Source: a bacterium (GTDB taxonomy: Bacteria > Hinthialibacterota > Hinthialibacteria > Hinthialibacterales > Hinthialibacteraceae). From it: DNA of 64,000 nucleotides. The position numbers and the translations under genes were made by a program. The stretch spans positions 1 through 64,000 of the forward strand of contig CAXXSM010000092.1 in NCBI GenBank assembly GCA_963663405.2, in the 5' to 3' direction. The notes beneath the pieces are model-generated. The model was not told the DNA's origin. It saw nothing but the letters and a program-made list of their open reading frames with translations, and made no database searches. This document shows, piece by piece, positions 42,450 through 53,341 of this stretch (positions are counted from its first letter, which is position 1; each line of letters starts with the position of its first letter).

Positions 42450-43853
42450 TCAAGACATCTCAGAGGGGATGTCTTCAATCAATTGAATCGTTTTCCAATA
42501 TCCCGAACGAAAGCGGAAGAGATAAACCAATCCAAGCAACGTAAGATAAACCGCCGCCCATAACCATGCGCCGGTGACTCCCCATTGGAAGAAATAGAGT
42601 ATGAACCACGTGCCCGGCACAAAGAAACACCACGCGCAGATTACCGCCGCCCACATAGCGAACGCGGTATCCCCCGCTCCCCGCAACGCGCCGGTAAAGG
42701 TGAGAATCATCGCGTCGGAAATTTGATACAAGGCCACTAACCAGAGAATTTTGGCCCCATACATCGCGATCTCCTCAAATGGAGCGTCCACCGAGACTGA
42801 TTCACTCCGGAAGAGCTCCATGAGAAACTCTGGGAAACAAAAATAAATAATCCCCAGAAAAATCATGTAGCCTTCCACGCTGAACCAGGCGGTATAGGCG
42901 CATTTCTCGGCGGTGGGATAGTCTTTCCGCCCGATGTACTGTCCCACGAGTGTCATGGCGGCGATCTCCGCACCGATCATCGGAAAGAAAGACAGCATAT
43001 TGAGTGAAAGAACAATGTTGCTGGCGGCGAGTTCCACTTTTCCTAATCCACCGATCAAAAAGATGAAGGCGGCGAACGCGCCGATATCTAATAGCAATTG
43101 CACCCCTGTCGGCGTTCCAAAACGAAGCATCCGCTTGATCAAAGGGAAATCGATCCGTATCGTCGAACGGGTATGATACGCTTGATGATTTTTCGTGGAC
43201 AGGAAGAGAACGAAATAGATCACACTCATCAACGCTGTCGAAAACACCGTCGCAATGGCCGCGCCCCGTACTCCCCAGCAGGGAAATCCCCATGCGCCGA
43301 AAATCAGCCCATAATCGAGAATTCCATTGACCGTATTCGTTAAAATACTGACGGTCATGATGACGCCGGTTCTCCCTCGGCCGGAATAGAAACTGCTCAA
43401 CGCGCCATTCAGAATAAAAAAGGTTCCCCCCGTATAGAGGTATGTAAAATATGTCTTCTCCAGAACGATCACCTCCGGCGCGTGACCAGAATGATCGATA
43501 CACAAATTACCAAGTGGCAGCAGTAAAAGAGAAAACAATCCGCCGGCGATGGAAATCACAACCCCCTGCCATGTGACCAGTCCAATTGAGCGATTCCGCT
43601 TTGCCCCATAATACTGAGCGACGAAAGTATTCGCATATTCGCTGACACCCAGAAAAAACGCGAGCATTGTAAAAAACAGAATCCCCGCGGGCATCACAGC
43701 GGCGATCTCTTCGGATCCCACCCAGGAGAGAAACAAACGATCCACAAAGTGCATCACCGCCACGGAAGCGTGGCTGATCACAAGGGGATACGCAATGAAG
43801 AAAAACTCCCGGAATCCACCGGGAGGATACAAAAGACATTTTTGATCAGACAT
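42450..43853 (-). CDS. MATE family efflux transporter
   Basis: AYPLVIS, FVDRLF, VAQYYGA, WGVRGAAIAT, LVGQYIG, GALRGAGDT; about 12 TMs. Confidence 0.92.
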   Translation of the reverse strand: MSDQKCLLYPPGGFREFFFIAYPLVISHASVAVMHFVDRLFLSWVGSEEIAAVMPAGILFFTMLAFFLGVSEYANTFVAQYYGAKRNRSIGLVTWQGVVISIAGGLFSLLLLPLGNLCIDHSGHAPEVIVLEKTYFTYLYTGGTFFILNGALSSFYSGRGRTGVIMTVSILTNTVNGILDYGLIFGAWGFPCWGVRGAAIATVFSTALMSVIYFVLFLSTKNHQAYHTRSTIRIDFPLIKRMLRFGTPTGVQLLLDIGAFAAFIFLIGGLGKVELAASNIVLSLNMLSFFPMIGAEIAAMTLVGQYIGRKDYPTAEKCAYTAWFSVEGYMIFLGIIYFCFPEFLMELFRSESVSVDAPFEEIAMYGAKILWLVALYQISDAMILTFTGALRGAGDTAFAMWAAVICAWCFFVPGTWFILYFFQWGVTGAWLWAAVYLTLLGLVYLFRFRSGYWKTIQLIEDIPSEMS

Positions 43854-44033
43854 TTTAAATTTTCGAGAAATTGCCTCGAGAACGCGAATAAAATCCATCT
43901 ATCCAATTCGCACACTCAAGTCCTTGCGCGATGGTAACAAGACTGCCGCAAGTCAATAATGATTTGGTTTGGAATAGCGCCACAATTTCATTGTATTTAC
44001 TTTTAAACACAATCCAATGCTTTCACTCGCTTT

Positions 44034-44122
44034 ATGTGTAAATGAGTCTCGAAAACTATCTCAATCAAAAACTCTTCCGAGACTCATTTGCATTTGCAGT
44101 TGTGATCTCGATCATGATGGTT
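44034..44122. repeat. Dispersed structured intergenic repeat, copy B
   Basis: 12-bp IR aaatgagtctcg...cgagactcattt, then catttgcagttgtgatctc..atgatggtt. Confidence 0.7.
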
Positions 44123-44271
44123 ATTATTCAATAAAATATGTTTCCATTCGATTAAATTCTCCAGATTCTTTTCTTTGCATTGACTATCTCCGGCTCTGCG
44201 TTACATTGAATAAAGTAGCGGATTCTCAAAAAATAGTTGAAGAAACGATCAAACTAACCAAATCATCTTAA

Positions 44272-46089
44272 ATGAAAGAAACACAGATCTCTCTATCTCG
44301 CATCGGACTGAAATTTTTTCAAGCCAAAACCAGTCAATGGGTTTTTCTAGGAGCGCTCGTCGGTCTAATCTCCGGATTGGGCGCAATTGTCTTCAATATT
44401 CTGGTTCGAGGGTGTCTGGATTTATTCCTATTCAATGGATTGGGATGGGGGCAAATCCCTGTCGGGGAAGAATCGTATATCCTAAAACCGGCGGAAGGAT
44501 TGCGTTATTGGCTGTTGCCATTGATCCCAATGTTTGGCGGGCTGCTGGGTGGTTTTTTAGTCTTTACCTACGCGCCTGAAGCGGAAGGGCATGGAACCGA
44601 CGCGTACATCCGCGCGTTTCACCGGCTTCGGGGACGGGTCCGGGGACGGGTGCCGATTATTAAAACGATCGCCTCGGCGATTACGATCGGTTCGGGCGGT
44701 TCGGCGGGCCGCGAAGGTCCCATTGCGCAGATCGGCGCTGGATTCGGTTCCTGGCTGGGTCAGGTTCTTAAATTTGACGCGCGCGGCTGCCGCACCTTGA
44801 TGATCGCCGGCACGGCGGGAGGCATCGGCTCCATTTTCTGCGCGCCGTTGGGAGGCGCTCTGTTCGCCATCGAAGTGCTCTATCGCAACGAGGAACTTGA
44901 AACGGAAGGGCTTATCGCCGCTATTATTTCCTCCCTCATCGCCTTTTCGTTATTCTCCGCTCTTACGGGAGAAACACAGGTCTTCATCACACCCCAATTC
45001 CAATTCCACCTATGGGAATTACTTCCCTATGGTTTACTCGGTTTGGTCTGCGCGGCGATAGGGATTCTATACGTGACTGTTTTCTACGGCGCGCGGGACT
45101 ATTTCTTCAGAAAAATACCCATCCGCCCTCATTATAAACCCATGCTCGGCGGCTTGCTGTTGGGCCTGTTGGCGCTCGCGTTTCCCCAGGTCTTATCCGG
45201 CGGTTACGGCTGGATTGAGATCCTGCTGAGTGAGAATCTGAATGAGCCGGGCGTGTATGAAATCCTCACGCTTCAATTTATGTTCCTCCTCGTTTTCGCC
45301 AAACTCATCGCGACATCATTCACCATCTCCTCCGGAGGCAGTGGAGGCGTATTCGGCCCTTCGCTGTTCATTGGAGCGATGCTGGGAGCCTGGTTCGGCT
45401 ACTCCTTTGATGGGTATTTTCCCGGTTGGATCTCCGATCCCCGTTCGTTCGCGCTGGTCGGTATGGTCGCCTTCTTTTCCGGTATCGCGAAAACCCCGAT
45501 CGCGAGTTTATTAATGATCACCGAAATGGCCCACTCCTACGATCTCCTCGCGCCCATGATGCTCGTTGTCTCTCTCACGTATATTCTAACAGATCGTTGG
45601 AGCCTTTATGAAGAACAGGTCCCCCGCAAATCCGATTCCCCCGCGCACTTGGGAGAATACCGGACCGATGTCCTCGCGGGCCTACACGTGCGGGAAATCC
45701 CAATCGTGAATGGACACCTGACCTTCTCTCCCTATATGACACTGCGCCAAATGCTGCCGCAAATTCTTGATTCTTCCCAGAATGTGTTCCCTGTCGTCGA
45801 TTCGAAAGAGAACATCACCGGCGTATTCTCCATTGAAGACATCCGGACGCTCCTGCTGGAAGAGATGATGCGTGATCTGGTCGTCGCCGACGATATCGCG
45901 AATCCCGATTTCGCGTATACAACACCCAGTGAAGACTTGCACAACGTTCTGCGGAAATTAACGGAACTTGTCACGGAAGAGATTCCCGTTCTCGATCCTG
46001 AAACCAGCCAATTCCTCGGTGTCATCAACCGCCGCGACATCCTCCAACTCTACAGCAAACGCCTCGTCGACATCAAACGTGAAGCGTAA
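44272..46089 (+). CDS. ClC chloride channel/antiporter with CBS domains
   Basis: EAEGHGTD, GSAGREGP, GGSGGVFGP; C-terminal CBS pair. Confidence 0.93.
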   Translation: MKETQISLSRIGLKFFQAKTSQWVFLGALVGLISGLGAIVFNILVRGCLDLFLFNGLGWGQIPVGEESYILKPAEGLRYWLLPLIPMFGGLLGGFLVFTYAPEAEGHGTDAYIRAFHRLRGRVRGRVPIIKTIASAITIGSGGSAGREGPIAQIGAGFGSWLGQVLKFDARGCRTLMIAGTAGGIGSIFCAPLGGALFAIEVLYRNEELETEGLIAAIISSLIAFSLFSALTGETQVFITPQFQFHLWELLPYGLLGLVCAAIGILYVTVFYGARDYFFRKIPIRPHYKPMLGGLLLGLLALAFPQVLSGGYGWIEILLSENLNEPGVYEILTLQFMFLLVFAKLIATSFTISSGGSGGVFGPSLFIGAMLGAWFGYSFDGYFPGWISDPRSFALVGMVAFFSGIAKTPIASLLMITEMAHSYDLLAPMMLVVSLTYILTDRWSLYEEQVPRKSDSPAHLGEYRTDVLAGLHVREIPIVNGHLTFSPYMTLRQMLPQILDSSQNVFPVVDSKENITGVFSIEDIRTLLLEEMMRDLVVADDIANPDFAYTTPSEDLHNVLRKLTELVTEEIPVLDPETSQFLGVINRRDILQLYSKRLVDIKREA

Positions 46090-46213
46090 CGACACAGAGC
46101 GCCAAACCAGTTTTAGAGAAAGTGTGAAACGATCAAGGCTTTGTTCTGTCCTTGCGTAATTCAATCCCCTTCAATAAAACAGACTTTTTTCTTCCTGCCA
46201 TCTTCCCAAAAAT

Positions 46214-46294
46214 GTGCGGTTTTTTCCACACATAGGGTTGACATCCACCTCCTACGCGGTCTATACTACGCATAAAGTGCGGAAAAAACCGCAC
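46214..46294 (+). promoter_or_regulatory. Sigma70 promoter flanked by two palindromic operators (putative BlaI sites)
   Basis: TTGACA 46238-46243, 18 nt, TATACT 46262-46267; gtgcgg-N6-ccacac at 46214-46231 and gtgcgg-N6-ccgcac at 46277-46294. Confidence 0.75.
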
Positions 46295-46317
46295 GTCAAT
46301 CCATTCGGAGGCGGTTG

Positions 46318-46692
46318 ATGTCCAAATTCACGAAAAGCGAGTTGGAAGTGATGCAAGTGCTTTGGGAACACGGCTCCCTTAAACCGGCGGAAATTCAAGA
46401 AAAATTTCCCCGCGCAATTAAAAATTCCGCCCTGCGCTCCCTTCTGTCCGTCTTGTTGGACAAAGGAAGCGTCACTCGCGAAATGATAGGAAAAGCCTAC
46501 TATTACAAAGCCAAAACCCCCCAGCAATCCACTTTGAAACGTATGACAAAACAGATGGCGAATATCTTCAGTGGAGGATCAACCGCCGCCTTGATCGCTC
46601 AATTGATCAAAATTGAAGCCTTGTCGGAAGAAGACATTCGAGAACTCCAAACCATCGCCAAACAAAAAATAAAGGAACAAGAACATGAGTGA
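46318..46692 (+). CDS. BlaI/MecI/CopY family repressor
   Basis: ELEVMQVLWE, wHTH, GKAYYY, FSGGSTAALIAQL, LSEEDIREL; RBS GGAGG. Confidence 0.92.
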   Translation: MSKFTKSELEVMQVLWEHGSLKPAEIQEKFPRAIKNSALRSLLSVLLDKGSVTREMIGKAYYYKAKTPQQSTLKRMTKQMANIFSGGSTAALIAQLIKIEALSEEDIRELQTIAKQKIKEQEHE

Positions 46693-48826
46693 TTCCATCT
46701 TCTTTTCACCGGAAATCTACGCGTTGTTTCCTCTTTTGTTGAAAATCACAATTCTATTCTGCTTGACATGGATCACCGTATTATACTGTCATCGTTCCAA
46801 TCCGTATTGGCGTCTTATCCTATTACGAGGAGCGGTCATAGGAATCTTGGCGATGCCGGTTTTGACAGCCGTTGTTCCCTCGATCAATGTTCCGCTTCTC
46901 CAAGACCAGTCAGTTCAATCCCCTTCCCCGGTTCAATATCCGGTAGAAAAAGCGCTTCCTTCATACACGCCTATCCTTTCCCAATCTGACTCAATCCCCA
47001 TCAGACCGTCAACGTCTATAGAACCTATTGTGAATAAAACAAAACCATCGCCATCCGCTGGGAGAAATCCAATCTTAACACTGGGAGTAATTTGGATTTT
47101 CGGGATTTTGACACTCTGTGGATATGCTTGGATTCATCATAGAAAAATAAAACAGATGATCGAGGACTCTAAAGCGGCTCCAGCGAACCTCAAGGAACAA
47201 CTTAAACAGACCGCTGAAAGAATGGGTGTTTTAAAAACCATCGATCTCCGGTATTCTCCCAAAGCGGCGGCGCCCTTTCTCTATGGAGGATCGCATCCAA
47301 CAATCGTTCTGCCCGAACTCGCTATAGGCGGCGATTTCTCTGACGATCTCCCCACGATTTTCGCGCATGAACTCTCCCACGTACAATCCAACGATCTCGC
47401 TTGGATGGCCGTGTTTCGAGTGATGCAGACACTGTTCTGGTTTCATCCCCTGTCTTGGGCGCTCATCATGACGCACAAATCAGTGTGTGAAGAATATTGC
47501 GATATGAGAGCGGCCCAGTTCATCGGAAGCCGTGATGTATACTCGCAAACCTTGGCGCGTGTCACTTTGCATCTCTTGACTCAACCACCCGCCTATGCGG
47601 GATTAGGCATGGCGCGTCTTCCCGAAATCCGCCGGCGCCTTAATCGATTAAAACGTCCTATAAATACTGTCCCAGTTTCCCAAAACCGTATCCTTTCTTT
47701 TCTTGTAATCGGTGGCATTGCATTAACCGGATTCGCTGGTCTGCAGATCGTTCACAGCGAACAAAACAATCCACAAAATCTAGACAAGGAGACAAGCATG
47801 TCCTCTAAAATCTTACATGATATCCAATGGTACATCGATCCGAACGCCACCCAAAAAGGGGAACCCAGCATTTACCATTCCTTTGTGGCGAGTCTGGCAA
47901 CTGCGATGAACTACATCGATGAAGATTTCGATCCGGTCAAATTGATGGGATCAAGTGGATTCGCTTTCCGGACTTTTGTCTGCAAAGATTTATGCCCCAG
48001 CGCGATGAGCATGTTCAGTTTCAACGACATCCTCCCGGAAAGCATGGAACAAACAGGCTATCAAAGCATCTATATCCATCGCATGTGGGATGAGAAGCGT
48101 CTGGAGAAAAAGAGAAGAGAGCAAGCGCATGACGCGATCGTCAATGGAATCGACAGAGGCGTTCCCGCGATTGTTTGGGACACGGCGAACGTCGAGTGGG
48201 GATTGATTATTGGATACGATATGAAACAGGAACGGTATGAGACACTCACGGATGAAGGAAAACGGTCCACCCTTGCGTTCAATCGATTGGGCCGGAATGG
48301 GATTGATATCCTATCCGTCACGATTCCTGGACAGCGGAACGAGAGAACCGAGGAAGAAATCACCTTGAATGCGTTAAAAACAGCGGTAGCGCACGCCGAA
48401 CAGAAAGAATGGTTCGATCGGCCCAACTATCAAAATGGTCTGGCCGGACTAGACCTGTGGGCTTCCATTTATGACAAATGGGCGCCAAATGCGGAAGCCA
48501 GTAAACGAATTCCGGTATACAAAGACTACGTCCGGTTTTCCGCCTATTACACGGGCCACACCTATTCCGCCCGCTGTTACGCGCGGGATTACCTGAAGAG
48601 CATAGCGAATGGAGATCCAAACCTGGAAAAAGCCGCGCTATCGTACGAAAAGACCGCCGCCTCTCTAAAACCCGTCTGGGAACTCTTCTCCAATGGAAAA
48701 GAGCTCAGTGAAGAAGCGCTCACAGCGGCAGCCCAAAACATCCGATCCGCCAAAATCAACGAAGAACACGGTATCGGATTCATCAAAGAATATTTAGCTC
48801 AAGCAAACAAATCGGATCTCTTTTAA
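46685..48826 (+). CDS. BlaR1-like M56 metallopeptidase with a non-penicillin-binding C-terminal domain
   Basis: HELSH, FWFHPL, EEYCD, RRRL; overlaps blaI; C-terminal GSSGFAFR..IDRGVPAIVW..EWGLIIGYD. Confidence 0.88.
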   Translation: MSDSIFFSPEIYALFPLLLKITILFCLTWITVLYCHRSNPYWRLILLRGAVIGILAMPVLTAVVPSINVPLLQDQSVQSPSPVQYPVEKALPSYTPILSQSDSIPIRPSTSIEPIVNKTKPSPSAGRNPILTLGVIWIFGILTLCGYAWIHHRKIKQMIEDSKAAPANLKEQLKQTAERMGVLKTIDLRYSPKAAAPFLYGGSHPTIVLPELAIGGDFSDDLPTIFAHELSHVQSNDLAWMAVFRVMQTLFWFHPLSWALIMTHKSVCEEYCDMRAAQFIGSRDVYSQTLARVTLHLLTQPPAYAGLGMARLPEIRRRLNRLKRPINTVPVSQNRILSFLVIGGIALTGFAGLQIVHSEQNNPQNLDKETSMSSKILHDIQWYIDPNATQKGEPSIYHSFVASLATAMNYIDEDFDPVKLMGSSGFAFRTFVCKDLCPSAMSMFSFNDILPESMEQTGYQSIYIHRMWDEKRLEKKRREQAHDAIVNGIDRGVPAIVWDTANVEWGLIIGYDMKQERYETLTDEGKRSTLAFNRLGRNGIDILSVTIPGQRNERTEEEITLNALKTAVAHAEQKEWFDRPNYQNGLAGLDLWASIYDKWAPNAEASKRIPVYKDYVRFSAYYTGHTYSARCYARDYLKSIANGDPNLEKAALSYEKTAASLKPVWELFSNGKELSEEALTAAAQNIRSAKINEEHGIGFIKEYLAQANKSDLF

Positions 48827-48855
48827 TCATCCACGATGAACTGTGGATCGCCTGT

Positions 48856-49825
48856 TTAGGGCGGGCAATCGGCGCAAACCGACCGGAACAAGTTCGTGGA
48901 TAGATACCGATCACCACGGTCCGGAAGCAGAACAACAATCGTATCCGAGGGGGAATAGTCCGCGGCCACTTCCAGCGCCGCCCAAACGGCGCCGCCGCTG
49001 CTCATTCCAACGAACAATCCCTCTTCCAACGCCAAGCGGTTCGCCATCGCATACGCCGGGCGGTCTTCCACCATGATTGTTTTATCGAGGCGGTCTCGTT
49101 CGAAGATCTTGGGAACGATCGCCTCTTTCATGTTTTTCCAGCCCTGAATCGCATGACCAAGTATCGGTTCAGCGCCGACAATCTGGATGTTCTCATTGTA
49201 TTCTTTAAGACAACGAGCCACCCCCATTAACGTTCCTGAAGTGCCCATCCCCGCCACGAAGGCGGTAATCTCTCCATTGGTTTGTTTGATAATCTCCGGA
49301 CCGGTGGACTCATAATGGCTCAACCAATTGTCAGGATTATCAAACTGATTGGGCATGAAGTACCGGTCAGGTTGCTCATCATAAATACGGTGCGCTTCCC
49401 GGATGGCGCCATCCGTTTTTTCATGGCCGGGGGTAAGGACCAGTTCCGCGCCATACGCCTGCAGCGTCTGCCGCCGTTCCATGCTCACACATTCGGGCAG
49501 GGTCAATTTGACGCGGTAACCCATACTGGCGCCGACCATGGCGAGACCGATTCCGGTGTTTCCCGATGTGGGCTCCAGAATAATCTTTCCCGGCGCCAGA
49601 CGGCCGTCCTCTTCCGCTTTTTTTAATCATCCACAAGGCGGGCCGGTCTTTCACCGAACCACCTGGATTATGTCCCTCCAGCTTGGCCAAGATGCGAGCG
49701 CCATGCTGGGGCCGGATTCGACGCAGTTCCACTAAGGGAGTGTTCCCAATCGATTCGAGTAAACTGGGAATTTTCGGCTGCGTCTTTTGTTTGTTCAGCA
49801 ATTCCGCTGGTTGATTCGCGCTCAT
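48856..49825 (-). CDS. cysM: Cysteine synthase (CysM/CysK), frameshifted near 49620
   Basis: IGNTPLV, KLEGHNPGGSVKDR, QFDNPDN, GMGTSGT, GMSSG, PDRGDRYLS; one extra A in an A7 run. Confidence 0.88.
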
Positions 49826-49880
49826 GGCAGCCTCCTTATTACCAACGCTTCATAACGCGTTGGTCATCATCTCTTTTATT

Positions 49881-50489
49881 TTACGCCAACACACAAAGGG
49901 CTGATTCAGCCAAGAGGTTGGGTAAAAATGTAATTCGTCTACCTTGGTTGAAATAAACGGAATTCACTATATTGAATCCCTTTTCTTTACAAAAAAAGAA
50001 AAAATCCTTGATCGTTAAAAACTGAATATTGGGCGTATCATACCACGTATGAGGAAGTTGGTTGGTAATCGGCGCCCGGCCGGTGAAGAGAAGATAGAAT
50101 CGGCCGCGCCAATACCCGAAATTAGGGAACGTAATAATAGCCTTTTTCCCAACCCGCAGCATTTCTTGAATCACTAAATCCGGTTTGTGTGTCTCCTGCA
50201 GCGTCTCGCTCAGGATCACGTAATCAAAGGATTCATCCGGATAATCGGCGAGTCCTTCGTCAATATCACCATGATGTACGGAAAGCCCCTTACTCACACA
50301 CTCGTACACTTTCTCTTCGGACTTTTCCACACCTGATCCCTGGACCTTCTTTTTGGACTGAAGAAGTTTCAACAGATCTCCAGCGCCACAGCCTAAATCG
50401 AGTACCTTGCTCTTCTCCTCGATCAATCCACAGATGGCTTCATAAATGGGATTGGGCGCCGGTTCCGGTATAGAATCATGCGATTTCAT
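49881..50489 (-). CDS. metW: Methionine biosynthesis protein MetW
   Basis: [34 protein letters not shown]; coupled to metX. Confidence 0.93.
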   Translation of the reverse strand: MKSHDSIPEPAPNPIYEAICGLIEEKSKVLDLGCGAGDLLKLLQSKKKVQGSGVEKSEEKVYECVSKGLSVHHGDIDEGLADYPDESFDYVILSETLQETHKPDLVIQEMLRVGKKAIITFPNFGYWRGRFYLLFTGRAPITNQLPHTWYDTPNIQFLTIKDFFFFCKEKGFNIVNSVYFNQGRRITFLPNLLAESALCVLA

Positions 50490-51651
50490 GCGCGGCGCCC
50501 TCCTTCGGCACGTGGGAGAGAAAATCACGGATGAGCTGGGTTTGCTGGGCGCACTCTAATAAAAACGCGTCGTGTCCATAATCGGATTTTATTTCACAAT
50601 AACTGACGGATACCCCATTCTGGCGCAAAGCGCTGACAACCACCTTGGATTGATAGGGGGGATAAAGCCAGTCACTGCTGAACGCCAAAACCAGGAATTT
50701 TGATCGAACACCTTTCAACGCTTCTGTCAAAGAACCATAGCCTTCAGCCAGATCGAAATAATCCAACGCTTTTGATATATAAAGATAACTATTCGCGTCA
50801 AACCGGCGCGTGAATGACGCGCCTTTATACTGCAGGTAACTCTCAATCTGAAAGTCGGTTAACAGATCAAAACTGACACGCTGCCGGTCCTGCAATTTAC
50901 GCCCGAATTTCTCATGCATGGACTGATCGCTCAAGTAACTGATATGACCTACCATCCGCGCGACGGCCAATCCCCGGTCCGGCGGTTCCCCATCATAGTA
51001 CTCTCCATTGTTCCAATTTGGATCCGCGAGAATCGCCTGTCTTCCCACTTCATTCAACGCAATGTTCTGCGCCGAGTGATTAGCGGTCGTCGCGATGGGG
51101 ATCACCGCTTCGACCATATCCGGATAGCTGACCGCCCATTGCAGCGCCTGCATGCCTCCCATCGATCCTCCCGCTACACAAAGAAGGCGATCGATCTCTA
51201 GATGCTCCAATAAACGCTTCTGCGCGTTCACCATGTCTTGAATGGTGATAATCGGAAACGTCAATCCATACGGCTTGTTGGTTTCCGGATTGATCGAGGA
51301 GGGACCCGTTGATCCTTGGCAGCTCCCGATGCAGTTGGAGCAGATAATGTAATATCGGTCCGTATCAAACGCCTTGCCCGGTCCAATGAAATTATCCCAC
51401 CAACCCGGCTTTTTATCGTCCGGCTGATAGTACCCCGCCGCGTGATGATCGCCCGATAGGGCGTGTAAAATCAGGATGACGTTATCTTTTTCTGGACTGA
51501 GCGTTCCATAGGTCTCATACGCGATTTGGATCGGCCCCAATTTGCGCCCGCTCTCCAATTCCAGTTCGTTAGGCGGTTCACACAACACCGCCGTGCGCTC
51601 CTGGACGAGTCCCACCGAACGTTTTCCTTTATGAATCGCAGTCATGACCAT
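50476..51651 (-). CDS. metX: Homoserine O-acyltransferase
   Basis: [40 protein letters not shown]. Confidence 0.96.
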   Translation of the reverse strand: MVMTAIHKGKRSVGLVQERTAVLCEPPNELELESGRKLGPIQIAYETYGTLSPEKDNVILILHALSGDHHAAGYYQPDDKKPGWWDNFIGPGKAFDTDRYYIICSNCIGSCQGSTGPSSINPETNKPYGLTFPIITIQDMVNAQKRLLEHLEIDRLLCVAGGSMGGMQALQWAVSYPDMVEAVIPIATTANHSAQNIALNEVGRQAILADPNWNNGEYYDGEPPDRGLAVARMVGHISYLSDQSMHEKFGRKLQDRQRVSFDLLTDFQIESYLQYKGASFTRRFDANSYLYISKALDYFDLAEGYGSLTEALKGVRSKFLVLAFSSDWLYPPYQSKVVVSALRQNGVSVSYCEIKSDYGHDAFLLECAQQTQLIRDFLSHVPKEGAAHEIA

Positions 51652-51703
51652 TGTCTGCACAGCCCTCTCCATGATTGAAATCAATTGAATTCTCTAATTA
51701 GTG

Positions 51704-53017
<1,314 letters not shown>

Positions 53018-53067
53018 TCATTGTTTATCCATGTGACACAGTGAACAATGCATCAAAAGGATTGCAA

Positions 53068-53310
53068 TCATTCCTGTTGTCCGGCTTCCCAGACACCTTT
53101 ATTCCGGTGCGCCTCCCGCTCCCGTTCCGCTTCGGCTCGAATTTTATACGCGCAATCACGAACGACTCCATACAGCACTGCGCAGCCGTCATCATCACAA
53201 TGCGCTTCCCCTTCATCGGCCAGGATAATTAGGTTTCGGGCGTATTCAAGCGCCTGCCGGATAAATTCGTTGCAATGCTTGTCTTTTTCCGTATCCCCGT
53301 TTTCCTGCAT
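53068..53310 (-). CDS. Small helical hypothetical protein
   Basis: 80 aa with LADEG..DDGCAVLYGVVRDCAYKI; RBS upstream; co-oriented between hcp and metY. Confidence 0.7.
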   Translation of the reverse strand: MQENGDTEKDKHCNEFIRQALEYARNLIILADEGEAHCDDDGCAVLYGVVRDCAYKIRAEAEREREAHRNKGVWEAGQQE

Positions 53311-53341
53311 CCCTTTTCCTCACTTTCTTTGAGAATTCGGA

